Below are positions 37,089 through 46,052 of a DNA stretch of 59,747 nt, one piece after another. The notes under the pieces were generated by a model. That model had not been told where the DNA came from, ran no database searches, and saw nothing but the letters and a program-made list of their open reading frames with translations. Both the position numbers and the translations under genes were made by a program. The DNA is taken from positions 7,836-67,582 of the forward strand of contig DIFH01000149.1 of assembly GCA_002427615.1 (NCBI GenBank), read 5' to 3'. This DNA is from Paludibacter sp. UBA5753 (GTDB lineage Bacteria > Bacteroidota > Bacteroidia > Bacteroidales > Paludibacteraceae). Every line of letters begins with the position of its first letter. The first letter of the stretch is position 1.

Positions 37089-40022
37089 ATGACATTAAAC
37101 GAACTTTTGGCAGCTGCCGGCATAGTAAAAAATGCCACCGCAGTGAATGAAAATTCCGCACCACGAATAGGTGTTTTATTTACCAATATTATCAATTTCA
37201 TAAAAGACCATTTTTTGTATTCCGAGAATCCAATCACACTTAGCCTAATTTATCAAAATCCGGTTGCAAATTTTGCAGCGTTAGCAACAACTTATCCTAA
37301 TCCATTAAGAGATTGGGCTGCTATGGTAGAGGATGAAAGTGTAATTTACTGCTATAATGGGAGTACATGGGCGAATACCGGGTTGAAGGCTTTTCCGGAA
37401 GATATGGTTGTAAAACCAGATTTATTGCCAATATTAATAAAATTAGCGAAGAATTTACCATTAGTTTGGACGGATGGAAAGTACATCACTAATTCGGGTA
37501 CTGGGTCAGATGTAAATTACCAAGCTACTCTGGATTATTATCCAGTTCTTTCAGGTCAAAAACTGAAATGCAACATAGCCGTTTCTGGTGCAGGTGACAT
37601 CGTCGCAATTTACGACGTGAATAAAAATTTCGTCGAAGCTAAAAGCGGAACTAACTTTGAGATAACATTTGCATACGATGGATTTATTCGATTCTCGAAC
37701 GATAAAAGAGGCGTTGCAGAACCTACTATTATTCTTGTGGATGAGTCTTATAAAAGTCTTCAAGAAGTTTCTGAAAAAACCGATTATTTAAGTAATTACT
37801 TAAATAATTTAAATTTGAACATTCAATATGATTTACCATTAGTTTGGACGGATGGAAAGTACATCACTAATTCGGGTACTGGGTCAGATGTAAATTATCA
37901 AGCTACTCTGGATTATTATCCAGTTCTTTCAGGTCAAAAACTGAAATGCAATATAGCCGTTTCTGGTGCAGGTGACATCGTCGCAATTTACGACGTGAAT
38001 AAAAATTTCGTCGAAGCTAAAAGCGGAACTAACTTTGAGATAACATTTGCATACGATGGATTTATCCGATTCTCGAACGATAAAAGAGGCGTAACAGCGC
38101 CAACTGTTGAAAATGTTACTAAAAAATATACTGAGTTAATCAATAAACTTAACATACTATCAGATAAAGATGTAAAGTTAATCAATAAAAATTCTTTCAC
38201 CCCTTTTGCAAAACAGACAAGCTTATTAAACTTCATTCCTTCAACTCCTAAAATTGATTTGGCATACAGAGGTCAAATCAATAACAAAAAGAGATATTTG
38301 GCTGTTTCATTTGACGATTTGAGCGATTCAGATATAAGTTGGGTTATTCCTCTTTTTAATAAGTATGGGTTTAAGTCCACATTTAACCGTATAAATTATG
38401 GTGTTCCTAACGATTTGGATATTAGTAGATATTCGGCTATAATAAATGGAGGACATGAAATCGGAGATCACACAATTACCCACCAAATGTATCCATTTTA
38501 TTCACCATTGTTTAATGGTCAGAATCCAAATTCTTTAGATGGAACCCAACAGCCATTTCCAACTAATGCGGATTTAAAAAACAACAGAGGTGATGGTAAA
38601 AATATTTTCGGAAAAACGATAACTGATATTGTAAACTTTGGTTATGATGCCCCAGTTTTCACTATATCATGGCAGAATCTTTCCGATTCTCAATGTCAAC
38701 AGATAAGGGATGCATTCTCATTATATAGGGATGAAACATTATTGCCACTTATGGATTCATTATCTAATGAATTGATTGGAACAACCGGTAATTCTTTGCA
38801 TAGTTGGAACGGAACTAAATATACAGGTGGTATATTCAGCGATTGCAAAACATCATCAAATCACGAAGTATGGGAACGTATATGTTTAATTCAATATTTA
38901 TATTACAAAAATTATTTTGGAATGAATTTCGATTTCGCTCAATGGAGTTTGCCAGGTTCCCGTAATTCGTATTTGTATTTTGAGGAAAACGGAAAATATT
39001 ACTATGATAGAGGCAAAACACAATTTGCAAATGATTTGGGAAAATTACAATCGTCTTACATAACTGACAATGCGGGAATATTAAAAACAAGAAGTTGGAT
39101 TGATGTTTTGAGAGAATTTGGTTATAAAATGACCCATGACGCTTTATTTCCAGGACGTAACGATGGTAACCCAATTACAGAATTTTCCCATCACCTTACA
39201 ATTAATTCTAAATTATCCAAAAAAGATGCTTTGATTTATCCTACCGAAAGAACAATCCCTTACTATAATTATTCAGCATATAATGAGGCATTTTTCAATG
39301 GAGTAAGTAATTACGGAAAGAAAATGTATAACCACCGCGTTGGGGCAGAGGATGGATTTTATAATGCAATTGAGAATATAAGAAATAAAACAGCTAATGG
39401 AATTATAGCTGGCTGCGTTTGGGATTCTGCTGATACTTTCGAGGAAAAAATATATTGGGAGGAAATATTAAAGTTCTGTAAAGCCACAGGAATTGAAGTT
39501 ATAACCAAATCAGAGGCTTTTGACATAGCTTTTAATAATGTAGTTGAAATTGGAAATTTAATTTACAACCCAGAATTAAGAAATATAGCAAAAGAGTATT
39601 TCCCAGATGCTAATTTTACCAATAGACCTGATGGGTATTATGGTGACTGTATTTTAGAAGTTGATGAAATTACAAACGAGAATATTCTTTATGCGAATCA
39701 TGTCAATGATCTTGCTTATTATTCTCATTACGGAATTCCTCATGGGAATTTAAAATTTTCTTGTAGTGCAAAAGGAAGTGGTAATATATGGATTTTTGCT
39801 ATTAGAAATAATACTGTATTAGGAGAACAATCTGATTTATTATCCTCGATTTCTATTGAGGAAACTAACTACACCGATAAAAATACAAGTTTTTTAGTAA
39901 AAAATGAACCTGAAACAGCTTATGAGGGCATTTATGAAGGATTAGGCAATAAGATTTGTGGCTTAAAAATCATGTATAATGGAATTATTAGAGTAAAAAA
40001 CATATCATTAATTAAAATTTAA
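37089..40022 (+). CDS. Putative tail fibre/spike with duplicated domain and CE4 polysaccharide deacetylase domain
   Basis: N-terminal virion-anchor-like segment; 87-aa duplication; NodB motifs VSFDD and HEIGDHTITH; start ATG 37089 behind a late-promoter motif. Confidence 0.7.
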   Translation: MTLNELLAAAGIVKNATAVNENSAPRIGVLFTNIINFIKDHFLYSENPITLSLIYQNPVANFAALATTYPNPLRDWAAMVEDESVIYCYNGSTWANTGLKAFPEDMVVKPDLLPILIKLAKNLPLVWTDGKYITNSGTGSDVNYQATLDYYPVLSGQKLKCNIAVSGAGDIVAIYDVNKNFVEAKSGTNFEITFAYDGFIRFSNDKRGVAEPTIILVDESYKSLQEVSEKTDYLSNYLNNLNLNIQYDLPLVWTDGKYITNSGTGSDVNYQATLDYYPVLSGQKLKCNIAVSGAGDIVAIYDVNKNFVEAKSGTNFEITFAYDGFIRFSNDKRGVTAPTVENVTKKYTELINKLNILSDKDVKLINKNSFTPFAKQTSLLNFIPSTPKIDLAYRGQINNKKRYLAVSFDDLSDSDISWVIPLFNKYGFKSTFNRINYGVPNDLDISRYSAIINGGHEIGDHTITHQMYPFYSPLFNGQNPNSLDGTQQPFPTNADLKNNRGDGKNIFGKTITDIVNFGYDAPVFTISWQNLSDSQCQQIRDAFSLYRDETLLPLMDSLSNELIGTTGNSLHSWNGTKYTGGIFSDCKTSSNHEVWERICLIQYLYYKNYFGMNFDFAQWSLPGSRNSYLYFEENGKYYYDRGKTQFANDLGKLQSSYITDNAGILKTRSWIDVLREFGYKMTHDALFPGRNDGNPITEFSHHLTINSKLSKKDALIYPTERTIPYYNYSAYNEAFFNGVSNYGKKMYNHRVGAEDGFYNAIENIRNKTANGIIAGCVWDSADTFEEKIYWEEILKFCKATGIEVITKSEAFDIAFNNVVEIGNLIYNPELRNIAKEYFPDANFTNRPDGYYGDCILEVDEITNENILYANHVNDLAYYSHYGIPHGNLKFSCSAKGSGNIWIFAIRNNTVLGEQSDLLSSISIEETNYTDKNTSFLVKNEPETAYEGIYEGLGNKICGLKIMYNGIIRVKNISLIKI
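37453..38092 (+). repeat. 262-bp in-frame direct repeat (37453-37714 / 37831-38092)
   Basis: Three synonymous C/T differences; offset 378 bp. Confidence 0.95.
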
Positions 40023-40083
40023 GATATGACAACTACCCAATTATTTAAATGGATATTATCAATCAATTAAACTATACATAATT

Positions 40084-40593
40084 ATGTACTATCTACAACT
40101 ACTTTACAAGTGGATTATCTGCCATTTAGCAGATGTTTTTAAATGGAGTTTATCCATACTGGCCAGCCTTATTGCTATTCTTGAACCAACACTGCCATTC
40201 ATTCTCATTTCTTTGGTTTTTATTGTTGGGGATTGCATTACATCATACCGATTAGCTCGTAGGGTGAAGAAAAAAACAGGCAAAGCAAGTGGCAAATTTC
40301 AATCAAGCAAGTTCGGGAAGGTCCTTATCACTTCACTCATTGCCCTGGTATTAATTTGCCTTGCATTTTTAGTCGAAAAGTACATTTTAGTCATGTATAA
40401 AGACATTTACCTGGCTAATTATATGGCGTTCCTGGTCTGCTTCAAAGAATTGTGGTCTATCCTCGAAAATGAAAGCAGCTGTAATGAAAAGAAGTGGGCT
40501 AAAAATTTACAAAAAATTTTAGTTGACAAAACTGAACGACATTTCGATATCGATCTCTCGTTTATGAAAAAGGAAGAAGAGGAAGGAAAATGA
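40084..40593 (+). CDS. Holin (phage holin 4-like)
   Basis: Hydrophobic helices; DCITSY, SSKFGK, ELWSILENES. Confidence 0.8.
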   Translation: MYYLQLLYKWIICHLADVFKWSLSILASLIAILEPTLPFILISLVFIVGDCITSYRLARRVKKKTGKASGKFQSSKFGKVLITSLIALVLICLAFLVEKYILVMYKDIYLANYMAFLVCFKELWSILENESSCNEKKWAKNLQKILVDKTERHFDIDLSFMKKEEEEGK

Positions 40594-41021
40594 AGTTGCA
40601 ACTAAAAAGGAGATTTTTCAATTCCGAATATACAATAGGTACATTATCGGTTAATGGTGTCTATTTTTGCGACACTCTCGAAGATGCCAACAGGGACAAG
40701 AACAGAGATGGTGATCTTTGTGATCAGGGCGAAGAAAAAATATACGGGAAAACCTGTATTCCGTTTGGAACTTACGAGGTAATCGTTAACCGGTCGCCTA
40801 AAATGAACCGCGATCTCCCACGACTCGTAGATGTTCCAGGCTTTTCTGGGGTACTGATCCACAGAGGAAATACATCAGCTGATACCGCAGGATGCATTCT
40901 GGTTGGTGAAAATAAGGCGGTAGGGAAAGTGCTTTTCTCAACAGCTTACGAGATTAAACTGGTAAAAATATGTAAAGCAGCTATCAATGTAGGTGAAAAG
41001 ATAACAATCGAAATTATATGA
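40590..41021 (+). CDS. DUF5675 family putative endolysin
   Basis: YTIGTL...CDTLED...TCIPFGTY...GVLIHRGN...DTAGCILVG; lies between holin and spanin. Confidence 0.8.
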   Translation: MKLQLKRRFFNSEYTIGTLSVNGVYFCDTLEDANRDKNRDGDLCDQGEEKIYGKTCIPFGTYEVIVNRSPKMNRDLPRLVDVPGFSGVLIHRGNTSADTAGCILVGENKAVGKVLFSTAYEIKLVKICKAAINVGEKITIEII

Positions 41022-41626
41022 AAACAAAAATAATATTAGCTATTCTCATTTTATTGTGTTCGTGCTCAGGCGTAAAGAAAACAACTAAATCGGATGTGAA
41101 AGCGGACGTAAAGTCTGAGATAGAAGTAAAAAAAGCAGCTGACGAAAATACGAATTTGACAACTTCTGTCAATACCGAAAAAAAAGCCGTTGAATCAGTC
41201 AAAAAAAATACTTCCACTGAAGAGAATGAAACTGAGGAAATAACTATACATACTATCAATTATGATTCGAAATCGAAGATTGACAGCCTTACTAAAAGAC
41301 CTGCTGTTGCCTCTGAAATTATTCAGAAAACTATAAAAGGTAAAAATGCTAAAGTTGTTGAATCAATCGAAATGCTGTACTCTCAAGCTGAAGTACAAAG
41401 CCTGTTTAACGTTTATTTTAAAATATCGAAACATACATCTGACAGTATTGGAAACCTAATTTCTTCACTTAAAAGTGAAATAATAGAAAAAAACAAAAAA
41501 GCGAATAATTGGTGGCTTTGGCTTCTCGTAGGCGCAGCTATACCGGTGATTATATGGATTGCCCTGAAATCAAGCTGGCCGTCCAAAGTATTTGCGTTGA
41601 TACTGAATGTCTTTAAAAAAATATAA
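41018..41626 (+). CDS. Putative unimolecular spanin (lipoprotein with C-terminal TM)
   Basis: Lipobox LCSC at the N-terminus; C-terminal TM WWLWLLVGAAIPVIIWIAL. Confidence 0.65.
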   Translation: MKTKIILAILILLCSCSGVKKTTKSDVKADVKSEIEVKKAADENTNLTTSVNTEKKAVESVKKNTSTEENETEEITIHTINYDSKSKIDSLTKRPAVASEIIQKTIKGKNAKVVESIEMLYSQAEVQSLFNVYFKISKHTSDSIGNLISSLKSEIIEKNKKANNWWLWLLVGAAIPVIIWIALKSSWPSKVFALILNVFKKI

Positions 41627-41678
41627 CAACCTGTTTTTTACTTTCATAGATTCAATTTTATAGTTAAGTTAAGTTGAT

Positions 41679-41714
41679 AAACCGTCCAGATCGTGAGATT
41701 AGGACGGTTTTTTT
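41679..41714 (+). terminator. Terminator after the lysis cassette
   Basis: AAACCGTCC...GGACGGTTT followed by a T tract. Confidence 0.75.
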
Positions 41715-41822
41715 GTCCTTTATAGTTAAATCTTGCATTCACATAAAAAATAATTGATAAAATAGGATAATATGATAGTATTATTGGTATCTTTGCAAAG
41801 TCAAACAATAACAATAACTCCA

Positions 41823-42017
41823 ATGAAAAAGTATAAAGTCTCAGAAGTTTTGAAAATGCTAAGGGATGACGGCTGGGAACTAACACAACAAGCAGGAAGC
41901 CACCGCCAATTCAAGCATCCCACGAAACCGGGAAAAGTAACGGTAAATAAAAAACCAAACGAGGTTTTAAGTCAGGAAATTTTAAACAGTATTTTTAAAC
42001 AAGCAGGGTGGAAATAA
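41823..42017 (+). CDS. hicA: HicA toxin (type II TA mRNA interferase)
   Basis: DGW...GSHRQFKHPTKPGKVTV...SIFKQAG. Confidence 0.92.
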   Translation: MKKYKVSEVLKMLRDDGWELTQQAGSHRQFKHPTKPGKVTVNKKPNEVLSQEILNSIFKQAGWK

Positions 42018-42042
42018 ACCCCTTGCAAAAAAACAAAACAAT

Positions 42043-42447
42043 ATGGAAAAAGTAATTGTAAATATAAGCTGGAGCGGAAAGAATTACTGTGCCAGTGCAG
42101 AAATAAACGGCATCGCTTTTTGTACGCATAAAACACTTGATGGCGTGAAAGCGGAATTTGCTGAAACGTTTAGGTTTCATATCGACGGTAGCATTGCCGA
42201 TGGCGATGTTATTTCTAAAGATTTAGTTCGTGGCGATTATGAATTTAATTATAAAATGGAAATATCGGCATTGCTTCACAGCTTAGATGGCATTGTTACC
42301 CGTTCAGCCATTGCGCGTGTAACAGGCATAAATGAGCGCCAACTCGGGCATTATGCTTCAGGTATTAGAAACCCGCGCCCAGCCCAACGTCAGAAAATTA
42401 TTAAGGGAATTCATAATATAGGCAATGAACTAACAATGGTTGTGTAG
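42043..42447 (+). CDS. hicB: HicB antitoxin with C-terminal HTH
   Basis: NYCA...FRFHIDG; SAIARVTGINERQLGHYASGIRNPRPAQ. Confidence 0.88.
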   Translation: MEKVIVNISWSGKNYCASAEINGIAFCTHKTLDGVKAEFAETFRFHIDGSIADGDVISKDLVRGDYEFNYKMEISALLHSLDGIVTRSAIARVTGINERQLGHYASGIRNPRPAQRQKIIKGIHNIGNELTMVV

Positions 42448-42481
42448 TTATTGTTTGACAACTTAATCTCACAACTTCCCG

Positions 42482-42513
42482 AGCCCCGACATTCATTTGC
42501 CGGGGCTTTTTTT
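42482..42513 (+). terminator. Terminator after hicAB
   Basis: AGCCCCG...CGGGGCT followed by a T tract. Confidence 0.8.
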
Positions 42514-42566
42514 GTCTTTTTTCCCTTCCTAAGTTCTGGTTTCATTTGCATACTAAACTAAAAGTT

Positions 42567-45500
42567 ATGTCACAAAACGAAACTGCACAAAGTACCGTAC
42601 ACCTGAACGGGGAACAGGCAAAACAGGAATTAACCGCACTTGCACAAAAAGCACAAAACCTAAGAATGAGGTTAGTGGAAGCCAACAAAGCCGGTGACGG
42701 TAAGGCATTCGAAAAATTGAATAAGGAATTAATCCAAACCAATAAACAAATGAAGCAGCTGTCCAAAGAAGCTTTTGACGTTAAAAAGGTATTGGATAAC
42801 TTGTCAGGGGCTTCAATGTCTGATTTAATCAAGGCCAAAAAAGAACTTGATAAACAACTTAGTAGCCCTGCAATAAAAAGAAATTCCAAAGAGTGGCATG
42901 AGCTTGTTGATGCGCAAAAACTTGTAAAAAAAGAAATGAAAAATGTCAATGCAGAAATGGGTATTGGCGAAAAACGCACAAGCAAACTGGCTAACGGCAT
43001 GAATAAGTATTTTTCGATGCTTACAGCCGGTGTAGCTGCCATTACAGGGGTTGTTTTTAGTGTCAAACAAATAATTCAGAGCAACGCAGAACTGTCGGAC
43101 AGTTTTGCTGATGTGATGAAAACTACAAACTTAACTCAGCAACAAGTACAAGATTTGTACAAAGATTTTAAATTGCTTGATACACGTACTTCGCGAAAAG
43201 AATTACTTCAACTTGCAAGCGATGCTGGAAAGTTAGGTATAGAAGGAAAGAAAAATATACTTGATTTTGTTGATGCCGCTAATCAGATAAAAGTGGCGTT
43301 AGGCGAAGAACTCGGAGAGGATGCGATCAAAAATATAGGAAAAATGGTTGGCGTATTCAGTAAAACTTCAAAGGAACTTCAGGGGCTTGGGTTGAAAGAA
43401 CAAATGCTTGCTGTTGGGTCGGCGGTCAACTCTATCGGACAGAACTCAAGCGCTAGCGAAGAATTTCTTGTTGCTTTTGCAGCCAGATTAGGCGGCGTCT
43501 CCAAACAAGCCGGAATAGGCATTGATCAAATTTTAGGATATGCTTCAGCATTAGATCAGGATATGCAGCAGGTGGAAATGTCGGCTACCGCCTTGCAAAA
43601 TTTTATTATGAAAATAATGGGCGATCCTGCCAAATTTGCAAAGATTGCCGGACTTGAAGTAAATAATTTCACAAAACTTTTAGACACGGATGCTAATGCA
43701 GCTATAAAAAAAGTGCTTCGGTCGCTTAACGAAAAAGGAGGTTTTCAGGCTTTGATCCCAATTTTCGAAGACATGGGACTGGATGGTTCCAGGGCGGTAG
43801 GGGTTTTAAGTTCGCTTGCTGCAAGTATTGATAAAATAGATAAGGAACAGTTATTAGCCAACAAGTCTCTTTCAGAAGGTACTTCAATAACTAAAGAGTA
43901 TAATATACGTAATAATAACCTGGCCGCTTCGCTGGCTAAACTGAATCAAAATATTTCAACGTGGTTTAAAAACTCAGCCATAACGAGCTGGCTTGGCGGA
44001 ATAGTTTCGGGGCTCGAAAAAATGACAAGCGCTTCGAAAACAGCTTCTCAAGAATTTGAAGAACAAAGCAAAAAAGTTTTGAACTTAAAACTAAAAATTG
44101 AACCTCTTCTGACGCGTTATGATGAATTAAATTCTAAAACAACGATTTCTACCTCAGAACATCGTGAATTAAAAAAAATAATTGCTGAAGTTACCGGAAT
44201 AATGCCAAACGCAACAACTGCAGTTGATAAATATGGCAATGCCCTTTCCATTTCAACTTCGAAGGTTCGTGAATTTATTAACGCTGAAGTTGCCCGGCTT
44301 GGAGTTATCAATAAAAAAGCAATTTATGACAATCAAGAATTATTGAATAGCGTTGAAAAGCAATTAATATTTCACAAAAAGAAAATTGATGAAATAAATA
44401 AAACAGGAACGTTCGTTATAAGGACTGTAACCGATAGAAAATCGGGAGAAACTTATGATATAAAGGCAAATGTACAAGAAGTAAAAGCGGAGCAGGAAAA
44501 ATATAGAAAGTTATTGCAGGACAAAATTGGTTATACTGCCGAAATTGATCGACTATCAGGAGCTACACTTAAAAAACAAATGGAAGATGCAGCAAAAGAC
44601 CAAAAACTACTTGATGAAAAGGCCACTAAAGAAAAGGCTTACTATACAATGTCGAAGGCTGAATTAAAAAAACTTATCGCCGCTAACGATGAACTTGCTA
44701 AACAAGTATATAATGACCGTTTCAAGGAAGAAACTAAGCCTCCTGGAACTAAGCCTACAAAAAATGAATTATATGAGAAAGAACTCAAGCTACTCGAAGA
44801 TGCCAGGAAGGATGAAGAGCTCGTTAATAAGATAGCCTACGCAGATGAGAGTGTGAATGAAGAAGTTTTTCATGAATGGCAATATCAAGCTAAAATGGAT
44901 TTTCTGGCTAAAAAACTAGAACTTGATAAAAAATACAAAAAAGATACGACTGATACTGAAGCCGAAATTGCAGATACAATAATTTCGGAAAACGAGTATT
45001 GGAATGCAAAAATAAAAGCGGAAGCGGAAAAGCTCCAGAAGGAAGAAAAAAAGAATAACAAAGAATCTGAAAAGGAGACAAAAGATCACTTAAAAAGAAT
45101 TGATGAAATTAGAAGTGAGTTTGGGTTGCAGGGGTTAAAACTTACCTATGCAAAGCAACTTGACCTATTAAAAGAAAAACTAGCAGCTGAAAAAGCCACC
45201 GAAGAAGAAACCGCCAGGGCTATTGCTGATTTTAAACGCGGCGTAGCTGAAGATTATGTAAATAAAGGGGCTGAAATAGCAGGTAAACTTTCGCAAGCTA
45301 TCGTTAATTTACAAGAGATGGAATCTATTGCCATAGATTCGAAATATGCAAAAGAAATTGCGGCAGCCGAAAAAGCAGGAAAAGATACAACCGCACTTCA
45401 GGAAAAATCAGAAAAAGAAAAGAAAGAAATTAAGAAAAAATATGCCTTAATCGACTTCCTGATTACCAATTCGAGAATTGTTGCTGAAACGGCAGCTGCA

Positions 45501-46052
45501 GTTATGAAAGCTGCTCCGAACATTCCTCTTCAAATTGCGGAGGGAATTCTTGGCGTTACACAACTTGGGATTGCCATGGCCGAATATAACTCCGTAAAAA
45601 ATCTCTGGACTGGAGGCTTTACCGAACCGGGCAACAAATATAAAGCTGCCGGAATTGTTCATGCAGGTGAGTTTGTCGCTAATCAGGACGCAGTGCGTAG
45701 CGCACCCATGCGCAAAGTATTCAACCTGATCGATTACGCTCAAAAAACAAACACAGTAGCGCGGATCACCAATGAAGATATTGCCCGGGTAGTTGGAGTC
45801 AGAAAAGGATTTGCCGATGGTGGATATGCTTCAGCCATGCAAGCGACCGGTAACGGTAGCAGTTCTGGTATTAGCAAAGAAGAATTAGCCTGGGCAATTA
45901 ATAAGTCCATGCAGGGGAATAATTCAGTAATTGCTGCATTATTAGCAGAAATTCAAAAAGGGATTAAAACCGATTTGACTATTTCCGGCAGAAATGGGGT
46001 GGCACAAAAACTTGATGAATATAACCAACTAATTAAAAATGCTCAGGGATGA
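42567..46052 (+). CDS. Tail tape measure protein
   Basis: ~1160 aa helical; ADVMKTT, LASDAGKLG TP901-type core; GGFT...AGIVHAGEFV. Confidence 0.9.
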   Translation: MSQNETAQSTVHLNGEQAKQELTALAQKAQNLRMRLVEANKAGDGKAFEKLNKELIQTNKQMKQLSKEAFDVKKVLDNLSGASMSDLIKAKKELDKQLSSPAIKRNSKEWHELVDAQKLVKKEMKNVNAEMGIGEKRTSKLANGMNKYFSMLTAGVAAITGVVFSVKQIIQSNAELSDSFADVMKTTNLTQQQVQDLYKDFKLLDTRTSRKELLQLASDAGKLGIEGKKNILDFVDAANQIKVALGEELGEDAIKNIGKMVGVFSKTSKELQGLGLKEQMLAVGSAVNSIGQNSSASEEFLVAFAARLGGVSKQAGIGIDQILGYASALDQDMQQVEMSATALQNFIMKIMGDPAKFAKIAGLEVNNFTKLLDTDANAAIKKVLRSLNEKGGFQALIPIFEDMGLDGSRAVGVLSSLAASIDKIDKEQLLANKSLSEGTSITKEYNIRNNNLAASLAKLNQNISTWFKNSAITSWLGGIVSGLEKMTSASKTASQEFEEQSKKVLNLKLKIEPLLTRYDELNSKTTISTSEHRELKKIIAEVTGIMPNATTAVDKYGNALSISTSKVREFINAEVARLGVINKKAIYDNQELLNSVEKQLIFHKKKIDEINKTGTFVIRTVTDRKSGETYDIKANVQEVKAEQEKYRKLLQDKIGYTAEIDRLSGATLKKQMEDAAKDQKLLDEKATKEKAYYTMSKAELKKLIAANDELAKQVYNDRFKEETKPPGTKPTKNELYEKELKLLEDARKDEELVNKIAYADESVNEEVFHEWQYQAKMDFLAKKLELDKKYKKDTTDTEAEIADTIISENEYWNAKIKAEAEKLQKEEKKNNKESEKETKDHLKRIDEIRSEFGLQGLKLTYAKQLDLLKEKLAAEKATEEETARAIADFKRGVAEDYVNKGAEIAGKLSQAIVNLQEMESIAIDSKYAKEIAAAEKAGKDTTALQEKSEKEKKEIKKKYALIDFLITNSRIVAETAAAVMKAAPNIPLQIAEGILGVTQLGIAMAEYNSVKNLWTGGFTEPGNKYKAAGIVHAGEFVANQDAVRSAPMRKVFNLIDYAQKTNTVARITNEDIARVVGVRKGFADGGYASAMQATGNGSSSGISKEELAWAINKSMQGNNSVIAALLAEIQKGIKTDLTISGRNGVAQKLDEYNQLIKNAQG

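Noticed and set aside
37453-38092. Diversity-generating retroelement TR/VR pair in the tail fibre gene (with the Avd-like gene at 53407)
   Set aside because: Both copies are in frame within one ORF, differ only by three synonymous C/T changes, and are not at the C-terminus. No reverse transcriptase is in the window, and the four-helix-bundle gene is outside the prophage.
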